A stretch of 60,346 bases of DNA from a virus. Its lineage: Duplodnaviria; Heunggongvirae; Uroviricota; Caudoviricetes. Of the stretch, positions 48,463 to 57,765 are shown piece by piece (the first letter of the stretch is position 1; every line of letters begins with the position of its first letter). The notes beneath the pieces are model-generated. The model had not been told where the DNA came from. It saw only the letters and a program-made list of their open reading frames with translations, and made no database searches. A program made the translations under genes and the position numbers. Where the stretch lies: the IMG/VR virus record IMGVR_UViG_3300045988_141393. One strand, written 5' to 3'.

Positions 48463-48483
48463 CCCCGGCCTGTCCGGGGCTTT
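48463..48483 (+). terminator. Rho-independent terminator
   Basis: GCCCCGG-cctgt-CCGGGGC followed by TTT. Confidence 0.5.
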
Positions 48484-48512
48484 AACTACTAAATAACCGG
48501 ATTCTCCGCACG

Positions 48513-48797
48513 ATGAAGAAAATAGATTTCACTTACTCTGCTGCCACAATCCAGCGACGTTTCCGTCTCATAAGGGAAGTGGAACTATCAAAAAACTGGT
48601 ATCAAATTCTACTGGATGAAGAGTTTTCACTGATGGTTATAGCAGAAAAATTGGCTATGCCGAATGACCGGCACAAGGTCATAGCCAGCCTGGATCTGGT
48701 GACAAACAGATACTGGGAATCCGAGGAACTACTTGAAGTTGGCTTGATACGCGAGATGATAGAACAGGCTGTTCCCCTCCACTTACAGCAACCATAA
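48513..48797 (+). CDS. Hypothetical protein
   Basis: 94 aa ORF. Confidence 0.3.
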   Translation: MKKIDFTYSAATIQRRFRLIREVELSKNWYQILLDEEFSLMVIAEKLAMPNDRHKVIASLDLVTNRYWESEELLEVGLIREMIEQAVPLHLQQP

Positions 48798-48933
48798 TTG
48801 AAAGGTCTTAACGATAGTCTGCCACGAATAGTTACTTTCACTGCCTAAAGTTATTTAATTGCATTACAAAGTGTAAATTAGTAACATTAGAATCTCACAC
48901 AGCACTATAACTATATGTTTTTTATGTAAAAGG

Positions 48934-49293
48934 ATGATAATCGTGGCTACTAAAATTAAACTTGAAAACCCTCAAACTGGCGAATCAATCACCGGTTTTT
49001 ATGGTTTTTCCTGGACTACATTCTTGTTTGGTGCTTTTCCAGCTTTGTTCAGGAAAGACTTTATAACTTTTATTGGGGTATTCGTAGTGATGCTGATACT
49101 GGCATTCCTCACAGCCGGAATTGGCCCGTGGATTGCCTCATTTATCTGGGCGTTCATGTATAATAAATATTTCACCGTAAATAAGATAAAACAAGGCTTC
49201 ATTTTTGCTGGTTCTCACACAGAAAATGAGTTGGCTGCTAGCAAGCTAGGATTGTCATTAAATCAAAACAACTGCAAAACTATTACCGAGTAA
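48934..49293 (+). CDS. Small integral membrane protein (AT-rich cassette)
   Basis: 119 aa; two or three hydrophobic helices; lower GC than flanks. Confidence 0.35.
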   Translation: MIIVATKIKLENPQTGESITGFYGFSWTTFLFGAFPALFRKDFITFIGVFVVMLILAFLTAGIGPWIASFIWAFMYNKYFTVNKIKQGFIFAGSHTENELAASKLGLSLNQNNCKTITE

Positions 49294-49332
49294 AGCCAAA
49301 AAGCAGGCTTAATAGTAAGCCTGCTATATCAA

Positions 49333-50154
49333 TCACGAATCTCTCTGACAATTCAGAAACATAAACGCCCGCTTGTCTGTTAAATCCGTAACATAATACT
49401 CTCTCATGCCTGTAGGTTTTATTCTACGAGCATATACAAACTTATGAACTGGTTGTTTTTCCCCATAACTTACATCAGTCCTAAATTCATCAACCACGCT
49501 ACCATCTTTTTCGACTTCCTTTCTCACCAGCTTATTTTCTAATGCTGGCTTTGATTCGTCCATGCCACTAAAAGCATCCTGGCCTGTACTATTGCCTCGA
49601 TTTCCGCGCGGCAAATCCCATGAGAAATAAGTGCCATAGTCAGTAATCACACGATCCCAGACTCCAGTATCCCCCATATAGTTAGAGCGCTTTCCATTGT
49701 AGGTTACAGCCACTTTACAGGAGTACGTTTCTTCATTCCCTCCAGCCTTACTCGCTGTGGTTGCAGGGATATTTTGGATAGATGCGCTTACGTCATCTTG
49801 CGTTAACTCCTCAACTGGAGCAAATTCATATATGGGGGTGCCGAGGCTATTTAAATATAACTTATATCTAACCCTAAGCGCACTTCCATCTGAGAATTCA
49901 TACGTTCCCAGGCATTGGAGCTTATTTTTTTCTCTTATCTCATTGATCTGATTATAAGCATCGATTACAGAAATTGCTTCCTGATCGTCCTTCAGCAGTT
50001 CATTATAATCATCGATTAACATCTGCCTAGTTTTAGGGGAATTGCAGTCAATTTTGCTAAAATCATAAGCAAAGGTGAGTGTGGGGACAAAAAGAGCAAC
50101 AACAGTAGCTAGTATTGTTGAGGAAAATCTTTTTCCATTTTTTATAAAAAACAT
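49333..50154 (-). CDS. Secreted hypothetical protein (AT-rich cassette)
   Basis: 273 aa from ATG 50154; signal peptide MFFIKNGKRFSSTILATVVALFVPTLTFA; lower GC than flanks. Confidence 0.4.
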   Translation of the reverse strand: MFFIKNGKRFSSTILATVVALFVPTLTFAYDFSKIDCNSPKTRQMLIDDYNELLKDDQEAISVIDAYNQINEIREKNKLQCLGTYEFSDGSALRVRYKLYLNSLGTPIYEFAPVEELTQDDVSASIQNIPATTASKAGGNEETYSCKVAVTYNGKRSNYMGDTGVWDRVITDYGTYFSWDLPRGNRGNSTGQDAFSGMDESKPALENKLVRKEVEKDGSVVDEFRTDVSYGEKQPVHKFVYARRIKPTGMREYYVTDLTDKRAFMFLNCQRDS

Positions 50155-50447
50155 TTCATTAACTCCATACCTTACCATCTTTGCCGCGAGCGCGGTCCCT
50201 AAAACCCTTAACTTCACTGCACCGTCCTTCATGCAATCAAAATGACTTTTATGTTATAAAAATAATCAGCCAAATCAACATGATTTAGGCCAAATTTCTG
50301 TCAAAAAATAAAATCCACAAAAAGTGGTTGACACTATTTTGGAAATCACAAACTGCACATAATCCATCGCGCTAACGGCTCCCGTTGAAGGTTCTTTTGA
50401 CGATTAACTTTCAGCCGAAGCGCGGTAGGGAGTCATAACGCCAAAGC

Positions 50448-50472
50448 AGGCCGCCATGTGCGGCCTTTTTTT
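50448..50472 (+). terminator. Rho-independent terminator (possible 3' end of a short non-coding transcript)
   Basis: AGGCCGC-catgt-GCGGCCT followed by TTTTTTT, 28 bp upstream of the 50500 gene start. Confidence 0.4.
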
Positions 50473-50499
50473 GTATCCGTCATCCGTGGAGGAAGGACA

Positions 50500-51153
50500 A
50501 TGGAAAAGATCGCAATATTCAGCCTGACCACCAGCAAGCCTCAAATGCTCACTGCAATACTGAAAGACGGTGCTCTCATTATTAACGAAGTAAAACCCCT
50601 TCCCGCGTCAGCATTGGAGCAAAAGCAAAAAATTCCTCCAGCTATAGCAGCCCTGCGGAAAAGCAAATTTAAGGTACTGGTAGACGAAATTACGCCAACG
50701 ATCTCCGCTGGCACCGGAGCAAGCCAGGTGACTCTCAAGACCCGTCATGCCGATGGCAGAGCAGCAATCATCGTCGGGATGGAAAGATACAGAGAGTTAA
50801 AACTCCAGAAGCTATTATCCCTGCCGCAAAATAACAAAGGTGCTTTCGAAATCCCCGACTCTATCGTTGATACCGAATACAACGGTAACGGAGAAGAAGT
50901 CTACAGGGTGAACTGGCAGGATATCAGGCCGGAACATATTCTGATGATCCTGTGTTGCTACGCTACCGTATACCACAACGTTGCCAGTGCGGATTACGTA
51001 GAGCAGATGACCGGTACAGTCGAGAAAGAGCAAAAAACAGGCATACTCACTTCGTTCCTTTCCATTATTGGGCATGAAAAAGTTGAAGCAGGCACCTCCC
51101 AGGCAAAGTCACTGGCTGGGAAAGAAGTTGATGAAGATACCGTGATACTTTGA
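50500..51153 (+). CDS. Hypothetical protein
   Basis: 217 aa from ATG 50500 with GGAGG RBS. Confidence 0.4.
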   Translation: MEKIAIFSLTTSKPQMLTAILKDGALIINEVKPLPASALEQKQKIPPAIAALRKSKFKVLVDEITPTISAGTGASQVTLKTRHADGRAAIIVGMERYRELKLQKLLSLPQNNKGAFEIPDSIVDTEYNGNGEEVYRVNWQDIRPEHILMILCCYATVYHNVASADYVEQMTGTVEKEQKTGILTSFLSIIGHEKVEAGTSQAKSLAGKEVDEDTVIL

Positions 51154-51489
51154 TCACATTAGTAGCTTTGTTAACTCCCTCAATACCAGGTAGAAGAGTA
51201 ACAAAAACACTGACGTGGACACCTGCTTAGTTAAAGAGGCACTAATGAATTTATTCAATAAATCAATCAGCTTATTAAAAGTATTCATCTTGTCGAATCC
51301 CTTCGATCTGTAGATAACAACCAGCTCACTATCGAGCTGGTCCATGCCTTAAGTTTAATGAAAGTCACTTGTTGACAATCAATAAATTCCAGAACAACGA
51401 ACTAACTCTGTTCATCCGAATAGTGCTTGCACTTTGCCCTCTCCGCGTGTACTGTGTATACACAGGATACAGGCACGGATGAAGTTATT

Positions 51490-51771
51490 TTGATTAAGTC
51501 ATTTCGCCATAAAGGGCTTGAACGATTTTTCAAGACAGGATCAACAGCAGGCATTCAAGCTAAACATGCGATTAAGCTACGCATTCAATTGACTGCTCTT
51601 AATGCAGCTAAACGCCCGGACGATATGTCTGCGCCGGGATGGGAATTGCACCCACTAAAGGGGGCAGACCTTAAAGGTCACTGGGCAATATCAGTAAACG
51701 GTAACTGGCGACTTACCTTCCGATTTGAAGGCGAAGACGCAATTCTTGTTGACTATCAGGATTATCATTGA
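51490..51771 (+). CDS. higB: HigB-type toxin (RelE/ParE superfamily killer protein)
   Basis: About 93 aa; [13 protein letters not shown] ... [40 protein letters not shown] matches killer-protein family; start uncertain (TTG 51490); palindrome CTGTGTATACACAG in leader. Confidence 0.65.
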   Translation: MIKSFRHKGLERFFKTGSTAGIQAKHAIKLRIQLTALNAAKRPDDMSAPGWELHPLKGADLKGHWAISVNGNWRLTFRFEGEDAILVDYQDYH

Positions 51772-51779
51772 GGAACACT

Positions 51780-52061
51780 ATGAGTCGTATGCATAATCCC
51801 GCGCATCCTGGCGCGGTTCTTCGTGAGTATCTGGGAGACATATCAGTCACAGATGCAGCTGCCGCATTAGGCATTACTCGCACGGCGCTTTCTCGGATTC
51901 TGAACGAGAAAGCAGGGATTTCTGCTGATATGGCGCTTCGTCTGGAATCTGCTCTGGGAACCAGTGCCGAGATGTGGACTGGTATGCAATCCCAGTATGA
52001 GCTTTGGGTCGCTTCACAAACCGCTCGCCCAAATATCCGCCCGTTATTTTTCCACGCTTAA
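51780..52061 (+). CDS. higA: HigA-type HTH antitoxin
   Basis: 93 aa; [10 protein letters not shown] ... [31 protein letters not shown] ... [12 protein letters not shown]. Confidence 0.65.
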   Translation: MSRMHNPAHPGAVLREYLGDISVTDAAAALGITRTALSRILNEKAGISADMALRLESALGTSAEMWTGMQSQYELWVASQTARPNIRPLFFHA

Positions 52062-52152
52062 TTTCACAGCGTCACCCGCCCTGGTGACGCTGCTTTCTCG
52101 CATTTCACATCCTCCATAAAGTTTCCCCAGGTTATGACTGAGGAGCTTTGTT

Positions 52153-52482
52153 ATGGGCTATAGCAGACTCGACGATAGGTACATTGAAGACGATATTTTT
52201 CGTGCACTGTTCCACCAGGAGATGATTAAACGGGTATCGGAATATCACCCGGATAATTTCCAGTACACGATAAAAATTGATGAAGTCTATCGTTCAGACC
52301 TGGCTGCCTACCGGGCGTATGGGAACGCCGATTTGCGCTGGGTATTCCGGGTGCTGGTGGGCCATGAGTCAGAAATGGAAGAAATGCCCGCCGGGACCAC
52401 GTTAACTCTTCCTGATGTGGCATGGCTGAGGAACAAGATCCGTGATTACGCGAGCGCGGAACCGGAGATAGAAAATGCCTGA
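52153..52482 (+). CDS. Hypothetical protein
   Basis: 109 aa ORF. Confidence 0.35.
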   Translation: MGYSRLDDRYIEDDIFRALFHQEMIKRVSEYHPDNFQYTIKIDEVYRSDLAAYRAYGNADLRWVFRVLVGHESEMEEMPAGTTLTLPDVAWLRNKIRDYASAEPEIENA

Positions 52483-53671
52483 TTTCCTGAAAAACCAGGA
52501 CGGGCGCTATATCACTGACGGCCTGTCCTCTAAGGACTTCACGCGTTTATTCGACCTTATCAGGAAAGAACAAACCCGTAAGCGCCGACAAGCTCACCGG
52601 ACGCTGACGCCAGGTAGACTGAGGAACAAATCCGCCGAAGATATTCTCAAGTTAGGGAAGAAAAAAGGCGGCACGTTCTTCACGCGAGACGACCTGAAAG
52701 GTTTCGAAAAGCTACGGAGTAAAACGCGCGAAAAATATGACAGTAAGACGGCAGGCATCACATACGCCCAGCTGGTGGCATCCAGCCAGGCTATCGATAT
52801 TAAGCGTGCAAATAACGCCGTGGATGACGGATCTGGTATCAAAAGAGCTACACCCGTATCTCTTCGCCACAATGTGATTAATATCCGCGTAGAAGCATCG
52901 GATATATCCGTCCACCAGCACCATATCGTCCGTATACGCTTTGAAGAATGGGATCAGATGGTCGATGACATCGCAGAAGACGATAAATCAGCTCTGAAAA
53001 TCACTAAATCACTGTGCGCCGGGCGGGTGTCTTTCGATTGTGACTGTGGTCGTCATCAATACTGGTATCGTTACATCGCTACTGCGGGTAACTTTGCCCT
53101 GGCCCCGCCAAAAGAATACGCCTATCCAAAAGTTCGTAACCCTAAGCTACAAGGCGTCGCCTGTAAACACGTGATCCACTCAATGACGCGGTTACAGTCC
53201 GCCAGTTGGCAAATGAGTATTGCTCGTGCGTTACAAAAGGCCGCAACGCAAATTGCATTTGGTGACGATCGCCGCCGTACAACTAAACACTTCTCAAAAG
53301 AAGACGAGAAGGAGTTTAATCGCAATCGTAGCAGTAAAACGAACGTTGAAGCCGCCAAACGCGAATGGAGGCTCTATCAGAAACGCCAGGCCGCTTTAAG
53401 CACAAAACTGGCAAAGGACAACGGGAAGATTGACAAGCTACGTGACCAGCTGACCAGGGCCAGAAAGTTGTCAGACGCACAGAAAAAACGGGCAGCAGCA
53501 AAAGAAGCAGCCTTGCAACGTGAGAAACAGAAAAACAAGGAGCTTCAGCAACGCCTTGCCGATCAATTCGCACTGAAGAAGCAAGCGTTCATTGATGCAC
53601 TGGTCATGGCAGGAACGTCACCTGAGCAAGCTGAAAAAATGTTTATGGAGTACGTGAAGAAAGGTTCTTGA
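52475..53671 (+). CDS. Hypothetical protein with SWIM-like zinc-finger motif
   Basis: 398 aa; CxC...CxH arrangement FDCDCGRHQYWY ... ACKHVIH; basic coiled-coil C-terminus. Confidence 0.4.
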   Translation: MPDFLKNQDGRYITDGLSSKDFTRLFDLIRKEQTRKRRQAHRTLTPGRLRNKSAEDILKLGKKKGGTFFTRDDLKGFEKLRSKTREKYDSKTAGITYAQLVASSQAIDIKRANNAVDDGSGIKRATPVSLRHNVINIRVEASDISVHQHHIVRIRFEEWDQMVDDIAEDDKSALKITKSLCAGRVSFDCDCGRHQYWYRYIATAGNFALAPPKEYAYPKVRNPKLQGVACKHVIHSMTRLQSASWQMSIARALQKAATQIAFGDDRRRTTKHFSKEDEKEFNRNRSSKTNVEAAKREWRLYQKRQAALSTKLAKDNGKIDKLRDQLTRARKLSDAQKKRAAAKEAALQREKQKNKELQQRLADQFALKKQAFIDALVMAGTSPEQAEKMFMEYVKKGS

Positions 53672-53705
53672 TTGACAACACAGGCGGTCATACAGACCGC
53701 CAAAC

Positions 53706-54065
53706 TCATACACCAACCAGGCTTTCAAGAGGAATGCCAAACTGGGAATGTAAACGACGAATCATAGGTAACGTTAAATTTCGTGTCCCATTTAGCACTT
53801 CGTAAACACGATTTGACTTACCAATCGCCGGTTCCAGATCCTTCACGGTCAGCCCTTGCTGTTCCATACGGAATTTAATGGCTTCAATAGGTGATGGTGG
53901 CTCAATTGGGTAATGCTTTTTCTCGTACTCTTCAATGAGCAGGCACATTACTTCAAAGAAATCGCCTTCCGGTGTGTTCATTTCCGGTTCGTTATCGAAC
54001 ATCGGTTCGACCGCACGCAGTGCGGCCTCATAATCTTGTTCTGTACGGATAGGTTTAATGTTCAT
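53706..54065 (-). CDS. higA: HigA-type antitoxin (second, unrelated module)
   Basis: 119 aa; ... QGLTVKDLEPAIGKSNRVYEVLNGTRNLTLPMIRRLHSQFGIPLESL typical of HigA C-terminal HTH. Confidence 0.6.
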   Translation of the reverse strand: MNIKPIRTEQDYEAALRAVEPMFDNEPEMNTPEGDFFEVMCLLIEEYEKKHYPIEPPSPIEAIKFRMEQQGLTVKDLEPAIGKSNRVYEVLNGTRNLTLPMIRRLHSQFGIPLESLVGV

Positions 54066-54068
54066 GAT

Positions 54069-54371
54069 TTACTCCAGTTCTATTGTATCAGCTTCAATGG
54101 CATCGTATTCCTTATGTGTTCCAATAAACTTAACGAACATCCATCCTCGCTGATAAGCAATTGCGACAATTAACCTGTAATCATTTCCCTTAATATTGAA
54201 CACCACGCGCCTGTTTTTAAGGATGCTGGCTGTCCGGTACTGTTCTTTGATCTCAGCCGGATTTTTCCAGTCAGCCTTTGTTGCTTCATCAACCCATGCC
54301 TTTAATGGCTGTTCTGCATCGGGATTCTTCGCCCAGAAATCCCTTAGTGTTTTTACCGAAATTATTTTCAT
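54069..54371 (-). CDS. higB: HigB-type toxin (second module)
   Basis: About 100 aa from ATG 54371; MKIISVKTLRDFWAKNP ... FIGTHKEYD resembles HigB toxin family; encoded upstream of its antitoxin. Confidence 0.6.
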   Translation of the reverse strand: MKIISVKTLRDFWAKNPDAEQPLKAWVDEATKADWKNPAEIKEQYRTASILKNRRVVFNIKGNDYRLIVAIAYQRGWMFVKFIGTHKEYDAIEADTIELE

Positions 54372-54516
54372 CACAGATTCCTTCTCGCTGAAAGTATAGT
54401 AGTCCCAATATGGGACAATGTAAAGCACTTTAGTCCCATGTTGGGATATGAATTGAAATCACAATCTCCAGACAATGCACCCTCGATACCTGATAAATCG
54501 ACCTTTGAGGATGCTT

Positions 54517-55308
54517 ATGGGCCGTTTTGACGAATGGTTTGCTGACGATGCAAACCTGGCAAGTAAGGAGTCAGAACATGACAGCACGCAGAGAGAAACG
54601 CCAGCGACGGTTGAAGCGGATGCAGGAAGCGCGCCGGAACATGGCAATGCCGGACCGGATTCATTCAGCATTCTGGAAGAGCAATCCACCGCCGAAGCTG
54701 ATAGCCATGATAATTTTGCTGATAGCAACGGTGGCCTTACTCCGGACGCTGGCGAATCAGATATAGCCATACTTCCACCTTCCCTGGCTGGCAGAGAACC
54801 GACTCCACAGTTAAAAGCACGCTATAACGGGCATAAAGCCTTTAATGACCAAATCCGCGCAGACTGGATGCTGATTATTGAATCCAGCCCAGACGCGTTT
54901 CAGGCTCTCTTATATCGACCAGATGTTGGCACATATGGGGTAGTCAGCGACGAAACAGGAGAAGAGTCATTCACTGAACTGGATAACAACCAACGCGAAC
55001 TGACTTACCAGGAACCTGAAATCGTTTATGTGCTGGATAACCCTGACGGGCGTGACTCTTTCCATGCGATTGACGCAGACGGTGAGCAGGATGGCTTAAC
55101 CGATGATGTTCTGATTCTGCGTATTGCAGCAAATAACGTCCCCGTCGGCTCAATTCTTGAATGGAATGAAGAGATGGTAAACGGCGTAGCCCGCCGCTGG
55201 TGGTACGTGCACCGTATTTTTAGCTACGGCACACAGCATGTTGGTTCGCTTTACTACTGCATACCTGCCAGGAATTTTGATACGACTCAAAACGGAGTGA
55301 TCGAATGA
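54517..55308 (+). CDS. Acidic hypothetical protein
   Basis: 263 aa from ATG 54517 with GAGGA RBS. Confidence 0.35.
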   Translation: MGRFDEWFADDANLASKESEHDSTQRETPATVEADAGSAPEHGNAGPDSFSILEEQSTAEADSHDNFADSNGGLTPDAGESDIAILPPSLAGREPTPQLKARYNGHKAFNDQIRADWMLIIESSPDAFQALLYRPDVGTYGVVSDETGEESFTELDNNQRELTYQEPEIVYVLDNPDGRDSFHAIDADGEQDGLTDDVLILRIAANNVPVGSILEWNEEMVNGVARRWWYVHRIFSYGTQHVGSLYYCIPARNFDTTQNGVIE

Positions 55309-56072
55309 CTTCAAATAAAACCCTCCTGGCGCGAACAGGTGAATGGCAAACCTCACGCACAGGAAAATTCCAGACCACGGGCTTTGAAAACGTGGATAAC
55401 GCGTTTGCGACGCTAATCAGCAACATTTTTTCTGATATCTTACTTGTGGCCCCCGCGCCGGAAGAAAAACGCTTTGCGTCATTCCTGAATCGTCCACCAG
55501 CAGAGCGTGTCTATGTGGCCCGTTTCGACAATGCGATCGAGTTTCTTAAAGCAGTTCGTCGCGCAAATGCCGGGCAAGGGAGAAAACCTGAAAACCAGAA
55601 CATTAACCGGGATGCTCTCCCCCTGGTCAATATCTCACGCACTATGGATATCAATTATATCAACGATGATCAGCAGATTGACCGCAAAAAAGTAGCCAGT
55701 TTTTGCGAACCGGATACCGGAATGCCTTTAGCAGAACTGGAATACACCCAGGCCATTCTGACGTATGACGTTACGTTAATGGCAACTGATAAAGCGACCA
55801 TGAGTCTGATGTGTAATTCGCTGGGCGCACGGCTTCGCCTGATGACAGGTACACAATTTGAAGCAACCACTCACCTTGTTCGTGTCCCGGTCCCGCTGAT
55901 TTGCTCGATACAGGATGCCAAAGAAGTCGGCTTTACGGATGTTTCAGCACCAATTGGAGAAGAGCGTATTTATGCCACACAAGCGCCGATAAGTGTGATT
56001 GCAGACGTGATCACAGCATGGGAGTTGGACGCAAAACGTATTATTACCGAAACCTCGATATCTATGGGGTGA
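55305..56072 (+). CDS. Hypothetical protein (possible virion/baseplate component)
   Basis: 255 aa ORF, ATGA overlap with neighbours. Confidence 0.35.
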   Translation: MTSNKTLLARTGEWQTSRTGKFQTTGFENVDNAFATLISNIFSDILLVAPAPEEKRFASFLNRPPAERVYVARFDNAIEFLKAVRRANAGQGRKPENQNINRDALPLVNISRTMDINYINDDQQIDRKKVASFCEPDTGMPLAELEYTQAILTYDVTLMATDKATMSLMCNSLGARLRLMTGTQFEATTHLVRVPVPLICSIQDAKEVGFTDVSAPIGEERIYATQAPISVIADVITAWELDAKRIITETSISMG

Positions 56073-56075
56073 TAA

Positions 56076-57056
56076 GTGGCCCAGGAGTTACAACAATATT
56101 TTCTACAGTCAGTGCTCATTAACGATAACAAAGTGCCACGAGACTGGATTTTTACCGCAGTATATGTAGAAAAAACCAGCCTCAAAGCCCCTTTGCTAAA
56201 ACTGGAAATTCATGACGCTACCGGCACCGTAATTGATGACTGGAAAGCCAAATACGGTGCATCGCTGGTGGCTGAAATGGGCGATCCAAACGGTAATGCA
56301 GGCACTTTTAAAACAGATTTCTTTGTTACGTCTGCAATGCTGGCTGGTGATGTTGTTACCGTTATTGCTGTCAGTGAAGACGTGCGCAGGTTTAAGATCC
56401 CCTCCCCGCGCACAAATTTACATACCAACAAAACACCAGACGCTATATTCAAGGCATATTCCGGCAAGCTTAAAATTACCAGCAGCGTGCTAAAACGCGC
56501 AGTTACATATCATCTGAATGCCGGTGACAAACCGTCAAAAATGCTCTCGCAGATAGCGCGAGACAAAGGTGCATTATGTTGGGTATGCCGTGGGGAATTT
56601 AACTTTTACACCCTGGCTGATCTGATGAAGCAAACGCCATCATTTACCTACGAGGGGAATAACCCTAAAGCAGAATACACTTTGTCCAAAATGCGCCTAC
56701 TCCAACAGGAACATGCGACAACAGCAAAGAATCAATATCGTTTTGTTGGGTATTCCATGACCGATGGCTACGTCGAATATGGCGATAGCTCACTCCCAGT
56801 GCGTTATATATCCGACTCTGATATGGAAACTCTTCGCAATATGCAGCTGTCTCTCGTCCCCAAAATGGATATAGAAGTCGCAGGCAATCCGGATATAAAA
56901 CCGGGAATGGTAATAGAGATTATCGTATACCGCTATGACCAGGAAAACCGCATTGATGAATCAATGCCCCGCAAGCTGATAGTAAAAAATGTTGCGCACT
57001 TTGAAGACCGCGTAGGCTACACAACACGAATGATATTAGGAGTGCCGAACAAATGA
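56076..57056 (+). CDS. Hypothetical protein (possible baseplate component)
   Basis: 326 aa ORF directly upstream of spike-like gene. Confidence 0.35.
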   Translation: MAQELQQYFLQSVLINDNKVPRDWIFTAVYVEKTSLKAPLLKLEIHDATGTVIDDWKAKYGASLVAEMGDPNGNAGTFKTDFFVTSAMLAGDVVTVIAVSEDVRRFKIPSPRTNLHTNKTPDAIFKAYSGKLKITSSVLKRAVTYHLNAGDKPSKMLSQIARDKGALCWVCRGEFNFYTLADLMKQTPSFTYEGNNPKAEYTLSKMRLLQQEHATTAKNQYRFVGYSMTDGYVEYGDSSLPVRYISDSDMETLRNMQLSLVPKMDIEVAGNPDIKPGMVIEIIVYRYDQENRIDESMPRKLIVKNVAHFEDRVGYTTRMILGVPNK

Positions 57057-57706
57057 AGCGTAGAGCGCAAATTGTTGGAACTGTGCACCCGGCAGGGCTT
57101 ATGCGTGCTCAGGTCCGTGTTTTACCAGACTGGAATGGCGTTCCTGATGACGATCTACCCTGGGCAGAATACCTGTTACCCATAGGTAACGCGTTTGTAC
57201 CTACAGTAAAAGGCGACCTGGTATGGGTAGAGTTTCCTTATCTGGATGTTAATGGTCGAATTGATACCAGACGCCCAATGATAGTTGGCGCAGCTCAGGA
57301 TGCGCCTGGCGGAGTACCAAACGTCGCGCCGGAGGCGTCAGGCAATGGTAGCGGCTGGACGCCACCAGAAGTAGACGGAGCGCCTCCCCGCCCGCAATTT
57401 TCGGCGACAAAAGATTTCGTGATTCACCGCAACAATGTGCTCGAAGTGCGAACGGCTGGCGGTGGATATGAAATAGCGAATACGGCAGCAGGCTCAAGGA
57501 TTGGAATGAATGAATCAGGGCAGATATACATCATTGGTCCGGCTGATGTAGTAGTGAATGCGGGAGGGAGTGTTAACGTCAAATCAGCCGATAACATCAG
57601 CGTTAATGGCAAAAACATTACTGTGACAGCCGACGAAAATATTGATTTCAAGGCTGGAGGCACCTTCCAGGCTATCGCAAGCAACTTTGATTTCAAGAAG
57701 GGATAG
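57053..57706 (+). CDS. Baseplate central spike protein (gpV-like)
   Basis: 217 aa; N-terminal IVGTVHPAGLMRAQVRVLPDWNGVPDDDLPWAEYL ... GDLVWVEFPYLDVNG resembles gpV OB-fold; Gly/Asn-rich beta-helix-like C-terminus. Confidence 0.45.
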   Translation: MKRRAQIVGTVHPAGLMRAQVRVLPDWNGVPDDDLPWAEYLLPIGNAFVPTVKGDLVWVEFPYLDVNGRIDTRRPMIVGAAQDAPGGVPNVAPEASGNGSGWTPPEVDGAPPRPQFSATKDFVIHRNNVLEVRTAGGGYEIANTAAGSRIGMNESGQIYIIGPADVVVNAGGSVNVKSADNISVNGKNITVTADENIDFKAGGTFQAIASNFDFKKG

Positions 57707-57722
57707 AAAACACATCCAATTG

Positions 57723-57753
57723 TGTTAGATAATTGAATAGAATTTTCTAACAC
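57723..57753. promoter_or_regulatory. Inverted pair of recurrent motif (candidate operator) upstream of rdgC-like gene
   Basis: tgttagat (57723..57730) and ttttctaaca (57744..57753). Confidence 0.4.
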
Positions 57754-57765
57754 AATTGGTGAAAC

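Noticed and set aside
51442-51455. Palindrome CTGTGTATACACAG as a possible LexA box
   Set aside because: Spacing between CTGT and ACAG is 6, not 8; more likely the operator of the adjacent higBA pair
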